This document shows positions 39,191 to 54,290 of a stretch of 64,000 nt of DNA, one piece after another. Location of the stretch: NCBI GenBank assembly GCA_951406725.2, contig OX597814.1, positions 38,998,001-39,062,000 of the forward strand. The letters run 5' to 3'. The notes beneath the pieces were generated by a model, which saw only the letters and a program-made list of their open reading frames with translations, made no database searches and was not told where the DNA came from. This stretch comes from Octopus vulgaris. Lineage: Eukaryota. Position 1 is the stretch's first letter; each line of letters opens with the position of its first letter. A program made the translations under genes and the position numbers.

Positions 39191-41480
39191 GTGGCTAATA
39201 TAGACATTATTATATCAAATATGAAAATTCTTCAACCAATTCTTTGCATACAATCACAGAACTAAACACAATGCACAAACCCAAATTCTCCTTTTTTCTC
39301 TTAAGGTTTTGACAAGCGCACGGCAAAAACGGAAATATTAGTCTAACGAATGCATTACCTTCGCTCTTTCCCTGTCTCTTTTTCTCTCACTCTTTTTATA
39401 TCTCTCTTTTATCTTTCTTTTTATCTCTATCTCACTTTCTCCTTCCTTCTTTCTTTCTCTCTCACTTTCTCTGTTAATATTTTGAAAATGAGCATTTTAA
39501 TCAAAATAGCAGGACTAATTAAATATTTTAAAGAGGCATTTTGATGTATTTCTATCAGGGTTATTCAGGACTAATGTTGCAAAAGCAGCCGTGTCATATT
39601 GATAGTGATGTTTTTCCATCAGTAATTATAAATTATCTATTTCTTCTACCCAAGGTATATTGGACTATGATGTAGTTCCTTCACAGAAAACAAGTTACGG
39701 CAAATTATTAAGACTGAGTGAAATTGAAGTAATAACGACAATTAAGTTATATTAGAAGCATACCAAAGCTTTAGCCATGATCTACGATTATCACTAAGCT
39801 TGAAACCTCTGAGGTTGTTCGGAATGGAGTATACGTTCTTTTAGTTACGTTATATAGAATTTTTCTCTATGATTGTAAGAAGAATACAAGTCATAAAACA
39901 AAATCCTGGAAGAATCTGTCAGCATCGTCAATCCAGAATGCAGACATTTACTCAGAGTAGCACATAAATGCACCTATATATCAAGTTGAGCTGAAGAATT
40001 TATATATTTCTCTTAATAAAAAAACAGATAGTTTAGAAAGATCACTTAGGTATTTCATTTCGTGCGTATAAAAATGATTAGAAATTATTGGAAGATCGGT
40101 TAAATATTCTAAAGTGCAGAAATACTGTACATTCATGAAGGAAATTTCTTATATTTCAGTCATTCTATAAACCTAGGAAACGCACTACGATCACGCACAA
40201 ATATAATTTCTCTTAATATTCCGAGATGTGTCGACTAGAAATACATTATGATGATTTAAGTATGTAATGAAGTGATCCGTGCGTAAAACCAATATCTTAT
40301 TACTAGAAAAAGAAAATCACTATTCCAGCTAAAATTGTTCGAAATAGGAAGCCTTTGAACATAAGCTACAATTATTTTTGAAATAAATCTACAAAAAAAA
40401 AGCGGAGAATATATAAATGCATGTCATTACATAGCTGGCTTAGCTATGTGAGGGATTGTAACGTTTAATTTGGTACCGAAACACAAATTTCGTTTAGCCT
40501 GGAGGCTGTGAGACCGGAAACTTCCTATATAAAGAAATACAATTTTACCGTGGAAATAGAAGACAATAAGATCTGACGATGCATTTCAATGTTAGGCGTT
40601 ACCAAATTATATTGAGTATTTGGAAGAAAAGTTGTAATATATCATAAATTTTCCGGATATGGGAGAATTATCGGAAGCTCATTTGCTATGGAGTATAATG
40701 AATGTAGGTTACTTAAATAGAATAATATAACAGAAATTATCTAAATATATATTATGTTCACGATTTCAACATACCTAAACGTTGAATGAAGCATTCATAA
40801 ATTTCGAAAATAGTAGAAAAAAAAGTTGAAGCGTAAATTTATTGACTGAGAACAATGTGTATTATTGTTGGAAATTCTTTCGAAGACTGATACTGATTCG
40901 GGTGCTATTAAAAGTAAAAGTTTAGTTGAGTACTTGATTACTCTGTCACTGGTTCATGCCCGAGGATAATCGTAATTATTTATCTAATTTTGAAGAGGTA
41001 AACATTAGTATATTTAAAAAGTATGCCAATTGAAATTAGTTGTGAGAATAATGATAGATAAATTTCATGATTTTGGATAAGTTCCGTGTTGTTGGGGAAA
41101 GGGTAGTCACGGGTTTCTGGACTGAATCTTATGTAAGTTTTTTTTTTCTTTTTCAACCGGGACGGCAAGTCAGTCTCGAAACACGATTTACCGTCCGCAA
41201 ACAACAAATACAACTATTCAAATTCCTTCGCCTCTGAAAGGATTGCCAAGTCAGATGAATAGCAGTTAGATTGAATTTTTGTCTAAGTATATAAGTGAAC
41301 TAGTTATGAATAAATAGACATGTTAATAGTTTCAATAAATCCACTTAAGCTCTTGTGATCGCACACCAATAATACTCTTAGTACTCTCGCATATGAAAGT
41401 AAAAGTTATTAAAATAAGCAAACATTCACAAGTTGCCTTTTAGTCTGTGGAATAAATTAATGAAATTTAGTTATCTATTG

Positions 41481-41884
41481 GGATTTTTCAGTTTGAACGG
41501 CAGTTTTTTCCAGCAGTGTCATATGAAATTGTCACTCATAATTATGACCCTAGAATCGATCTATTGGATTTCAGTCTCTTTTAGGGTTAGGGTTAGTTAG
41601 GGTTAGTTAGGGTTAGGGGTGTAAATAAACCCAATCTGTTTCTTAAACGAGGGACATATTCATACGGCACAGAATGTTTTTTAACTCAATAGACGTCACT
41701 GATTTGTTGAAATAGCAGAAATTAAAGAAAAAAAACAACAAATATATTACAAGCTATAGAATTTTCTCAATAAAGCCAAGAGAAAATGATGTTTTATAAA
41801 CACATTCTACCAGTATACGAAGTTTAAAATTCTTTAGTTACCTACAAATTATGTTAAAAACTGCCGTTCAAACCGAAAAGATCC
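41481..41884. mobile_element. MITE with ~28-bp TIRs and 8-bp TSD (Merlin-like), carrying TTAGGG repeats
   Basis: TIR GGAT(C)TTTTC(A/G)GTTTGAACGGCAGTTTTT at 41481 and 41856-41884. TSD ATCTATTG at 41473-41480 and 41885-41892. Confidence 0.9.
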
Positions 41885-42107
41885 ATCTATTGGTACCTAT
41901 GCTAATGAAATTGTTATTTTTAATCATACATGTTAACGAAGTGTTAAAGTAAACTTAATAATTATTTACCAAGCTTGGGGTTTCACAATAGTCGGTGAGC
42001 TCATAAACTGCCAATAATACTATGATTCTCAACTTAAAATATTCAACTTGATAGTGTGTATGCATGTGTGTCTGTGCACCTGTCTGTGTGTGTGTGTGTA
42101 AGGTTTG

Positions 42108-42262
42108 TGCGGCTGTGTGGTAAGATGCTTGCTTCTATACCACGTGGTTCCGGGTTCAATACCACTGCATGATGTTGGGACAATTGTTTCTACTATAGCC
42201 TCAGACCAACGAAAGCATTGTGAGTGGAATTGGTACATGCAAACTCAGAGAATCCGATATAT
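42108..42262 (+). mobile_element. SINE S3 5' part
   Basis: GCGGCTGTGTGGTAAG...CCACGTGGTTCCGGGTTCAATACCACTGC (A and B boxes). Confidence 0.8.
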
Positions 42263-42327
42263 ATATATATGGCCGACTACCCAGCAGTCTTGCCCAGCCC
42301 ATACACACACACACACACACACACACA

Positions 42328-42387
<60 letters not shown>

Positions 42388-42878
42388 CATACATACGCGA
42401 GTGCAGGCTAACAGTCTTTAAGTTGAACCTACCAAATTCTAAGTCGTGGATTTCCTTGCAGATGTTATGACACACGTGTTGCCTTCAGGTATTAAAAGAG
42501 TTTTTGTTCCGTTATCTGATTGATTACATTTTGTAACGCTGGAAAATAATTTTAGATATATTTAATCAGTTATTCAATTATTGTACTGATGCATTCTCTC
42601 ACTATATTAATTATTATCCATATTGTTTATCACACAGGTGTTTCGTGCGTTGTAAAGGAAATAGTGTACTAAATGTTTTCATATTTTTGTTTATTTTCTG
42701 TAAAAAGTGAAAAATATAACGAATTACTAAATATATCTATTTCAAAATAATTATCATAAAATAATTCACCCTCGAGTTCCAAATATATATACATATGTTT
42801 ATATGTAAAATATAGATAGATAAAGAGAGATAGAAATAAAGTTGTGTGTATCCTGCTTTGTCTCTCTCTGTCTCTGTC

Positions 42879-42974
<96 letters not shown>

Positions 42975-44176
42975 CATGCATATATGTATGTATGTGGATA
43001 TATTGTTGTGTCTGTTGACTTTTTTTTCCTGGGGGCATTTTCCCCTTCATGTACTATCGACCTATAGCTTATTTTCAGTGAAATCATTTTCGCTTCCAAA
43101 TTCCAGCAATTTTGGAAGACTATCCATGAGCTGCGTTTGTTATCTAGGAAGAAAAAGTCCTGGAACTTGAATGAAGCTGAAGTAAACCTAGACTTGTACT
43201 GTAATAGAAATAAGAATAAGAAACTTCGCTATTTTCTCATAAGTAAATGAATGGGCCTTCTATTCTGTTGCAGATTACAAGGAAATATAGTGATCTACTG
43301 AAGAGAATTAGAATAATGTATAAGCTATTTGCTGGAATCGATAACCTGCAGTGCTGACAGATTAGTATCCTCTAAATTGGGTTGGTATCTATTGAATGAT
43401 AATGAGAATTAATATTCTAAAAAAATATTCTTTTACGGAAGTTAGATGACACATCCAGCAGTCCACAAAATTTTACAATTCTGTGAGAGGAGGAATATAT
43501 TTTTAATAGCTTTTTATGTGGGATATATGTTCAACATTGCTCCATATTATTTCCATTTTGATGTATTTGCTCTCGTCGGTAACTAGTAGAGAACATTTTC
43601 CACAATTAACTGGCTAAAGAAATATTTTTATTCAAGTGGCACACTTTCGCAGAAGGATTAGCTTTTACAGCCATCGCCAAATACTCTGTTCTTTGAGACA
43701 TGAATGACTGACATACGTAACCTAGAATTTATGATAAACAAGCCTTTATCTACAAAGAATCCTACAAATGCGATAAATCGCATCTCATGTAACCTTTGAA
43801 CAGTGTGCTCCCTTCAAATATTTTCAGCTCGGCCTGCTTCAGAACTTTTACGGGTTCAGAATTTTGGTTATTATTGCAGGTGCAATCAGTGTGCACACGT
43901 TTCAGTAGTAAAGTAAAATTACAATGTGAACTATTGCTACTGAATTAAATACGAAGAAACAGAGAGATGGTTGCAGCAACAGATGGACAAAGAAGACGAT
44001 TCCCAATATATGGTGGCTAGTACTATTAACTGAGTGAAATTAGTGGATCTATTGAAGGAGATGGACATGTGACCCTTATTTTGAAATTTACAGCATACTG
44101 GCTGGTTGCTTCCGGTATACTGACCTACACTTTAGAGAGTAGGTAACGTGTAGGTCGTTCTTTAAAGCAAGATGAG

Positions 44177-44237
<61 letters not shown>

Positions 44238-44290
44238 CTTCTCTGTGAAGTAATATCAACAAACAAAAATACTGCATGTGGTAAGATATA

Positions 44291-45492
44291 CAAGGGTTGG
44301 ACAAAATAATAGTATAGGACCGCCTTTGTCAGAAATTACAGCTTGAATTATACGAGCTATGGACATGTACAAAGTTTGAATTATTTCCAAAGGACATTTT
44401 GTTCATCCTTCAGCTAAAACAGTCTCCAGTTCTTGTAGTGATGATGGTGGAAGATATCGACTTATTGCTTGTTGTCTAAAATGCACCATAAATGCTCAAT
44501 AATATTGAGATCTGGGGAATGAGGTGGCCAGATAATATGTTCAGTTTCACTAATATGTTCTTCTTGCCATTCAGTAACTACTTTAACTGTGTAAATTGAT
44601 GCATTATCATACTGAAAGATCAAATTCAATCATATATTGAATTTGATGAGATAAAATGGTTAAATAGTCTTGACTATTAATTCTGTCATGAATGGAAATC
44701 ATTGGGCAGGTGAATTTCCAAGATATAGCCCCGCCCCCAGATCATCACACATCCTCCATCCTGTTTAACAGTCGGAAGAAAGCAGTCTGAGTTAAATGCT
44801 TCTTTTGGCTGCCTCCACACGTATATTTGGCAGGTTGTCAGAAATAAGGTGAAAGATAACTCGTCCGAGAAAATAACATTCTTCTACTACTAGAGGGACC
44901 GATTTTGAAGGAGTATACTCCACTCTGAACGCTTTGCAACGTTTGTTTTTGAAAGTAATGATAATGTGATTGCAGCCGTCCCGTGAAATTCGGCTTTGTG
45001 CGGTTCCGAGCGAACGGTATTTGCGGAAACTGGATTCTCGAGGTGGTCATTAAAAACTTCACTAATTGTTGGATCCTTTCTAACAATTCGGGTAAGAGTC
45101 CGATGGTCCCCATCTAAAAGTTTTCATTTGTTTCCGGAGTTTTGTTTCGACGAGGGTTTTTTCCTCTTTCTCAAGGACTGTCATTACTTTCCAGACAGTA
45201 TTTCTTGATACACCAAACATTTCGGCTGTCTTTGTTACGCTAGCGCCTGTAATGCGAGCACCAACAATTTGACCTCTCTGAAAGTTCGATATATCTGACA
45301 TTTTAATGAATTTAACTACATTTTTCTGATGATATCTGAAAAGAAACAATATTTTAGCTAAAAATATTAAGGAACACTAATAATAAATAAAGAAATAAAC
45401 TTTAAACTAAACAAGCTTTTGACGGTTTTATAGATATTTCAAAATTATGATACTATGATTCTAGTTGTTTCGATTATTTTGTCCGACCCTTG
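44291..45492 (-). mobile_element. Tc1-like DNA transposon, decayed DD34E transposase
   Basis: TIRs CAAGGGT(T/C)GGACAAAATAAT with TA on the left. Reads MSDISNFQRGQIVGARITGASVTKTAEMFGVSRNTV, VIFSDE, CVMIWG and WPPHSPDLNIIEHLW. Confidence 0.93.
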
Positions 45493-45939
45493 AATATATT
45501 AATACACACAGAATATATTTTTATGAACTTCTAATACCTTCATGCGATGTCAGCAAGCCAGACAGTATTTTATTACACGTCAGGTGTTACATGCAATCCT
45601 CAAGTTCTGCCCGTATGGCATAGCAAGCTACAACAGAATAAGAAGATACAAGAAAAAGCAAAACGTATATAGATGTAAATATCAGAGATACTCTTTAGAT
45701 CTAAAACTCCACCGAAATGCTGAATTTCTGATCTAAAATTTTCAGAGGATGTATAATTCTCTGTTAATGAAAGGTAATCTACCACCCTTTCCGGACTGAG
45801 CAGCTGTAGCGCAGACTCTAGGACCTTGTCCTTTCAGCCTTATGAGGACATCCCTCTAATTCTCCCCACTTTTCTCGTATTTTATCGTATTTTCTTGTCC
45901 TGTTGTAGCTTGTTATTCAATGTAGATAGAGTCTGAGTG

Positions 45940-47858
45940 ATACGTCGAGGGGCGGTTGCACATATGAGAAAGGACTCAAGAAAGGCGGACGTTATATAGA
46001 ATTTCAGGCGCCTCTCTCTGCCAATTGCAGAATTGAGGATTTTGGCCAACGTGTTAGACAAGAGCTTGACGCTTGTCGTAGATTAGCTGGTTGATGAGGC
46101 GAAAACATGCGCGATCCCAAACAGGTGTATTCACGATAATCTCCATCTTATGCGCTACATCATAGAGGGAGCGGGTAACGAATCTAACATGGGTGAGCCT
46201 CAATGTAGATCAATCTGAAGCCTTTGATAGGGTTGACTATCAATACTTGACAGCTGTTCTCAAGGTAGCCGGCTCAGTTTTCCGCGATTGGATCGCTGCT
46301 TTGTAAGGCTGGCATGTGCTCGGTTGTTCGGATGAATGGTCATTTGACGGAGCCATTCAGAATGTTCCGTTCGGTCTGTCAAGAATGCTCTCTCACCTCT
46401 GCTCTCTATAACCTGACTCGTGAGTTATTACCGCGGAAGTTGGAGGCTTTGATGAGTGACCCACGTGATCTAGGATGTGGAAGGAGTGTGTCTGCTTACG
46501 CTGATGATGTCTCCCTCATAGCGTCGAGCCCCAGGCATAAAGACCTGTGTTGGTGAAACACTACAAGTATATGAAGCGGTGACAGGAGCAAAAATTAACG
46601 CGGAAAAGTCAGTGGGCTTGCAACTCGGCACCTGGAGAGGCACGTACATGCCGTTGAACAGCGTGGTCGGGCGCTGGACAGACGATCCTATTAAGTTACG
46701 CGGAGTCTGGTTTGTACGAGACTTCCAGGTGGATAAAACTGGAACGAGGTGACGAGCAGGGTAGCCAATCCCACTGAGAAATGGGCCGAAAGGAAGCTGT
46801 CCCTCAAAGGTCGAGCAGAGGTGGCAAATGCGTCATCAATTACCGCTTGATTGTCGTCGTCCTTTGTCCTGTTCACTGTTTGGCCAAGCTGGTGCGCTTA
46901 CTCTACCGATTTCTGTGAAGAGGCGCGTTCCACTGGTCAGGCGCTCCATCTGCTGTCAACAGCCGCTGAATGGAGGGCCGGGCAATGTGGTCAGTGGTAG
47001 ACGCACTCTAGGGTTCTATAGGTGGCTAGTGGAGGGAAAGTTCTACGACGTTCTCAGAGAAACTCTGAGCGTCGATGAAGATCAAGTAACTGGTCTGTTT
47101 CGGAGCACTTTCGGGCCTGGGCTTATGGATAATTTCCAGAAATCCCTTGCCTGGCAGTACTATTGAAAGGCGCTGCCTGTACGGGTTAAATATTACAGGT
47201 ACGGAAGTGCCGTTAGCCGGCTCTTTCCGAGGTGCACCCAGAACAAGGAAACCGTTCTGTACGCCCTAGTCCAGTGCCCGAGTATTGCTGACCTGTGGGT
47301 TTATATCGAACACTTGCGGTCTCGTGTGTGATGGATCCGGCTATCAGCTGAATCCATTATGAAGATTGCCTCCCTCACCCCGCTCTCTTTTGGTCGGAAG
47401 AGGTAGTCAATTTCTATTTGTCTAGCGGCTCTAGCGAAATATGTAATAGAGTGGATCCGTTTGAAGGAGCTAAAAGGCAGATGCTATCATTTTTGGCGAA
47501 GCCCTCATCAAATTTTTAAAGTTTCATTGAAATGAAGTTGAGGGTGGAGAGGAATGCCTTGTAGCAAGTTTGTTGAAAGTTGACTGAAGTTAGAAGAATG
47601 GCTATTATGAAAGGACCAATTCTGAGCGTGCACCAGTAAAAAAAAAGAGAAGGGTTCTTGCTCGGTTGCTCAGGCTTCTTGGGGCTTTTTCCAAAAAGAA
47701 CTTAAAATGCATACCCTGTTGGGAGTTTTAATTTATTCAATTTTTATCGTTATTATATTTTTTACACACGAAAATCCATTTTATCGTCTGTTTTGTCTTT
47801 TATGTTCTTGTACGTCAACTAATGTTTTGTATGTGAGCCCATGTTGCCGATAAATAAA

Positions 47859-47860
<2 letters not shown>
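45940..47860 (+). mobile_element. 5'-truncated L1/Tx1-clade LINE (RT pseudogene, zinc knuckle, 3' end)
   Basis: NFRRLSL, CAIPNRCIHDNLHLMR, DQSEAFDRVD, RSVCQECSL, SAYADDVS, YEAVTGAKINAEKS and PRCTQNKETVLYALVQC. AATAAA precedes the (TTC)n tract. Confidence 0.9.
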
Positions 47861-48375
<515 letters not shown>

Positions 48376-48406
48376 TTACTATTACTATAATTATTATTAT
48401 TATTAA

Positions 48407-48487
<81 letters not shown>

Positions 48488-50091
48488 CAAATACTTCAGG
48501 AAATATATATGGTTATTGTAATATATTTAGAATAATCCAACGGAATTTATCTATAAACTCTTATCATATAACAGTTATTTCTGGATTTATATATTAACCG
48601 CGGAATAAGATATGTTGAATTCCTAACTGTGAGCAAACCGGTAAACGTTTGGAGAAATCCCTTAATGATCAGAAACGTGTGTGTGTGTACATATAGATAG
48701 ATAGATAGATATAACATGAGGGGGGAGGGAATGAAAGAAAGGAACAACTAAAGGAAGAGGAAAAGAACGAAAGAAAGAAAGGAAGAACAGAAAACATGGG
48801 TTAGGGATTTTAGAAATGGTATTTGAAAAATGAAGGCATTTACATGCAAATATAGATGTAGACTGACTTAATATCTACGAAAGTAGAATCGATAAGATAA
48901 TACATACATACATACATACATAGACATATAGAGATTAAACTGGTCCGATATATTTACACCTCAGCGTTGCTATCCTCATAAACATACAAGAAAGAGTAAT
49001 GAAGCGTAACAATCTCTGACCAGCTTTGCAGCCAAAGCTGTAATGAGCTTGAACTAATTTTAAGCTTCAGTGGCTGTAGAATAGAACGCTACATTATAAA
49101 GTGCATTGTACTATTTCCTGTAAATGACAACAAAATTAGCCAAATTTAAATTTTCATTGATCTATGTGTAATATACATTCAAAATCTGTCAAATAACCAT
49201 TAAAATCAAGCAGTGACATTGAATATAACAAGGCTGAAGACATGATATATAATGCATTGCATGCCTTTAAGATAATTCCTCTTTCATTTCGTTTTAATAT
49301 TATTATTTTTATTTTTTTTATTCCTTTATTCGTTTATCTTTTGATTATTTGCTACTTCGCTTTTCAAAGCGATAATAACATTGTTTTGTTATAAAATACA
49401 GGGTATTTGTGACAGAATAAATAGAGAATCAAAAGCAAAAAGAAAGAATGCCTTTAGCTATGTAATTAAGGATATTCATGATATTTTTTTTCCATTTTTA
49501 CAATGGGAACAAATATACCTTTTAGTCTTTATTTGAGAGCGGTAAAAATAGTCAAGGCTTCAATCAAGTAAACTATGCACGTGGAAAGCGGTGAAGCGCC
49601 CAGGATGACAACTACTACACTCCTCCGTCATTGCCTTCCCTTTCCCGATTCCCTCAATAATATCCCACTTAAGTGATTGTCTTAAAATGGATGCCAGTAA
49701 TATACAAACACAATGTAGATATTAAGCTGTCTAAAATCCTTATTTTTCTAGACCACCTGTAAGGTAGTTTGCCAAAACACGTTAACGGAATTGAAATGTT
49801 TTTTCGTGATATATTTAATACTGCGCTCCATACGTCTTCACAATTAAAACGAAGCCTTGTCTGCTAGAAATTTTGGGACCATATCCGGTCGCAATGCATT
49901 CCAAATTGTATTGCTCTGTTGCTCTTTACTACTCGGTGTAATAGATTCTCGTATATCCTCCAATTTCAATAGGTGTCATATCTCGGTTGGTAATGCCCAT
50001 CGACCTTTGGAAAAAGTTATACATAGGAACAATATGGTAGTCATGCTATCAAACACAAACACGCACATACACACTCATGTATATATATATA

Positions 50092-50363
50092 CATCAGATG
50101 TTGCTACACATCGCTGGTCACAATGAGCTTCGCATTGTTTTAGCCTCCAAATGACGCCACACCGCAGGCTAAGCGGGCAGGCCGACAGAAGAAAGAATGA
50201 GAGAAAGTTGTGATGGAAGAGTACAGCAGGGATCGCCACCACCCCCTGTCGGAGCCTCGTGAAGCTTGAGGTGTTTTCTCTGAATAGACACTCACAACGT
50301 CCGGTCTGGGAATCGAAACCGCAATCTTATGATCACGAGTCAGCTGCCCTAACCACTGGGCCC
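50092..50363 (-). mobile_element. SINE S2 copy
   Basis: Reverse complement of 33228-33500. Confidence 0.88.
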
Positions 50364-50404
50364 TATCCACACCAGTATGTTGGAAAAAGGCACCAAATGA
50401 TGTA

Positions 50405-50530
50405 TGCGCAGGCATGGTAAGTAGCTTGCTTACCAACCCCAAGATTCTGGCAAATGTTTTCTACTGTAATCTCGGGCCGTCCAAAGCCTTGTGTCTGGAT
50501 TTGGTAGAGAGAAACTGAAAGAAGCCCGTC

Positions 50531-50621
<91 letters not shown>

Positions 50622-50810
50622 TGTATGTATGTATGTATGTATGTATGTGTATCTGTGTCCCCCAAAATCGCTCGACAACCAATGCTGGTGTGTTTACGTC
50701 CCCGTAACTTGGAGATTCGTCAAAACCAAACGATAGAATAAGTCCTGGGGACGATTTGCCCGACTAAAGACTGTGCGACAGCATGGCCGCAGTCAAATGA
50801 GAGAAACAAA
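50405..50810 (+). mobile_element. SINE S3 with internal (TA)n/(TATG)n
   Basis: GGTAAGTAGCTTGCTTACCAACC...GGATTTGGTAGA..AAACTGAAAGAAGCCCGTCG, then a microsatellite, then tail CAGCATGGCCGCAGTCAAATGA. Confidence 0.82.
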
Positions 50811-50856
50811 TAAAATAATAAAAGAAGAAATTTACATTCATTCATACATACATACA

Positions 50857-50916
<60 letters not shown>

Positions 50917-51504
50917 CATCAATGGCAGTATTCATAAATTATGGCCAAATATTGTTACAGGTCACTGGCTAAAACCACTGGAAGTCAATATATACATGTG
51001 TATAATCAGAAATATATGCAAAATAAATTCGCGTGCAAATATACGTTGGGAAAACATCAAAACCCCAAAGTTTTTCCTATTAGAAATAAATGAGCATTAC
51101 TAAATAACGAAACATTTCTTATTTTAAAAGCCAATTAAGTACCTGAATAAAATATTTCTATGAATAATTATATTTATAGATGAATTAATCAGACAGGAAA
51201 AAGTATCTGATCGAGACATATGCTTATGTCAGGGAATGCATTCTAAAAGTACACAGATCTGATCCAAAATGTAGTTCAGCGTAAAATATTAGCTGTTGTA
51301 GAGCAAGTCCATTTTTTCATATTTAGCATTCCTACATAAACAAAAACGGTGGAACAACGTTAGCCTGGCACTTTCATGCATAACTATATACATACATACA
51401 TATGTATATACATGCGTATAAATATACATACATACACAAATATATATATACAAACCTTCATAGACATACACACACACGCACACATACACAAACACACGCA
51501 CTCA

Positions 51505-51546
<42 letters not shown>

Positions 51547-51689
51547 TATATATTTGTGTGTGTGAGTATCTGTGTAGCGAATGGTAATATTTTACTGTAT
51601 ATATGTTAAAACTAATTTCATCTTATTACATTATTTTATATTACATTATATCATACAAACCGCTTGAATAAAAGTAAGCAATGCTTTGA

Positions 51690-52390
51690 ACTATGAAGAA
51701 GTTGTACTGGAACCATTTGTATGCGATCGAAAAATCAAAAATGGTCCTCAAATGGATACCACGGTATTTCAATGAAAATTTTTAAAAATCAGGTACGAAA
51801 TTTACTCGTCGCTTCCTCTCCGTAAGCAAACCGTTTCATTTCTCGACCTTATTGTAACTTTCGATGTAAAGTGGATTCTCTACAATAATAAAAATCGTTC
51901 TTCACAGTGGTGAAACCAAAATGATGCACCGACAACCTTCCCTAAAACCGAGCTCTTCAAAAAGAAGGGTATGGTGACTATTTCATAAAACCCGGAAAAA
52001 ACATTACTGTAGAGACATATCGCCATAAAATAGCCAAAGTGACTGAAAATCTGCCACTCGTCCGTCCCACACAGAAGAGGGACAATCATCCTTCATGACA
52101 ATGCTCGATCATTCGTTTCACTAATGTCTCTCCAGAAATTGAGGAAACTTGGCTACGAAGTTCTTCCCTACCCAGCCTTTTCCTCAGACTTTTCTTCTGC
52201 TACCTACCACTTTTTCAAGCACCTTGATTTTTTTGTTGTGAGAGAAGGCGTTCACAAATCAAACCGATGCTGAAAGTACGTTCAAAAATGTCATTAGCTC
52301 CAGAACACTGGATTTTTATGTTACCGGAAAAATAAACTTCTAACTGGTTGGAAAAAATGCGTTGTTTGATGAATAACACTTTATTTTGAT
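51690..52390 (+). mobile_element. Decayed mariner transposase catalytic region
   Basis: KWIP, KWILYNNKNRSSQW, IILHDNARS and LGYEVLPYPAFSSDFS..YHFFKHL. Confidence 0.88.
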
Positions 52391-52974
52391 CGTTCTTGAC
52401 ACAATCAAGATCATGTGAAACTGAAACATTAGTGTCATCTTGGAAAGCAGCTTTTGCACAAACTTGGCTGACACGAGTCCCATACACAAATCTTGAGATA
52501 TAATAGATTGAACTAAACCGTATATAATCTGCACACTCTCTGATAACTCACGTATGATGATTCAATGATTTCCTCTAACAGCTGCACGCACATCTGACAT
52601 GTTCTTCTCAGTTCTTCTGGTTGAGAGTCTCCCAGAACGTTCCTCAATATCGACATATTTTGGACCATCTTGGAAACGTCTGAACCACTCATATATTTGT
52701 ATGATGTTCATACACTCCTCTCTCTATATTTTCTGCAGCTTTGCTTAGAACTCTGAGCAGGAATCGCCATGATGGTTCTCTGCCATGGCCAATGCGACGA
52801 TCAAACGTTACACACATTCGTTCCAAGCACTGCTGTTAACAGCAGAATTGAACTAGAACCTTAAAACTTAATGCAGAATAGAGTCTATGTTCAATCTTAA
52901 CCAAGTGGCTTCACAATGCATGCTTTAGTTTCGTTACTATGGCAACAGCCCAGATACTTATTGATCAGACCTCT
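52391..52974 (-). mobile_element. Mariner left-end fragment (same family as 21093-21907)
   Basis: TIR CGTTACTATGGCAACAGCCCAGATACTTATTGATCAGACCTC; reads GLVQSIISQDLCMGLVSAKFVQKLLS. Confidence 0.82.
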
Positions 52975-53602
52975 TAGTCCATTTTTAAACGAACATATGC
53001 ACACAAATACACACAATTTCACGTACAATCCTCACACATAAATATAAGTTTATTTATTTATCTATCTTTATATAAATAAATATATATATATATATACCTG
53101 TCTATCTATGTATCTCTACATCTGTACGCACAAACATACAAATATATACGGAAGAACTAAGGGAAAGGAAGAAAGAGAGATTTAGAAATTATCGCTTGAA
53201 TGTCTGCGTGTGAATGTAATGCGTTTATACCGTTACCACTCATGAAACCTTTACCCTCTAAATTACATACAGAATGATAAATTTCAAACAATATGCTATT
53301 AAAAATGTCATAAAATAAGTAGAATTTGTAACGAGGTTTGATATATTTATAAGTATACGGGATTATGTAGAATTTGTACTGAGAATTGACGTCGTTCTAA
53401 ATTTACTGGATTATTTCTTTTTATATATATATGTATTTTAGCATTTCCGCTTTTTGATAATTACTATAATCTGTTTCATCGCAATAATTGCTTGTGTAAA
53501 AACTGTGTTCGCAACGAACGGAATATTTAACAAATACTAGAATTTTCTTCAAGGTTGTTAGTATAATAATTTAACTGGCTTGCTTGCTATTATGTGCCTG
53601 TG

Positions 53603-53665
<63 letters not shown>

Positions 53666-53949
53666 AAAGATAACTTAATTATAGACATATTCAATTGACA
53701 ATCCAATAATTTTATTTAAATTACTATATCACATTACATTCTATGAATACAATATATAACATATACATTATTATAAAATCCATAAAAGCCCAAGAAACTG
53801 TTTCGACTTATATATATATATATAGTTTTTCTGATATACATGATGACAATTCCATTATATATATATAGTCACGTCAAGGACATGGCTTTAGAAAAAGACG
53901 AAATTCCGTGTGAAAAGTCGGCAGGATTGTAATTTTTACAATCCAGCCG

Positions 53950-54290
53950 TCATTTCCTATTTGCTCCCACTCACTCCCTCTTTTCTGTCCTAAGGACTGG
54001 ATGCATCCTATCTCGATCTCCTATCTTTTCAATTTTCTAAGAAAATATTTCTCCAGCGTTCGGTATTTTACCATCGTTCAGGTTTAACATCCCTCCATGT
54101 TTGTCTCCGTTCGCTTCCCTTGTATGTCTCCATTGTCTTGTTTTTGTTCCAAAATGTTATTGTCTTCGAAGACTCATATTGTCGTTCAATCCTCGAAATG
54201 AAGAGTAGAGACACAGTCGACAACTGATGAAGGGATTATTTACATATTTCATGTTATTTTCTGTTGGAGATGTCTTATACCCATATATAC
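53950..54290 (+). mobile_element. Repeat family A, copy 4
   Basis: CTAAGGACTGGATG...TCTCCAGCGTTCGG...CTTCGAAGACTCAT...CTGATGAAGGG...ACCCATATATAC. Confidence 0.78.

Noticed and set aside
41581-41619. True telomere or chromosome fusion site
   Set aside because: The tract is short and lies inside a TIR- and TSD-bounded MITE.
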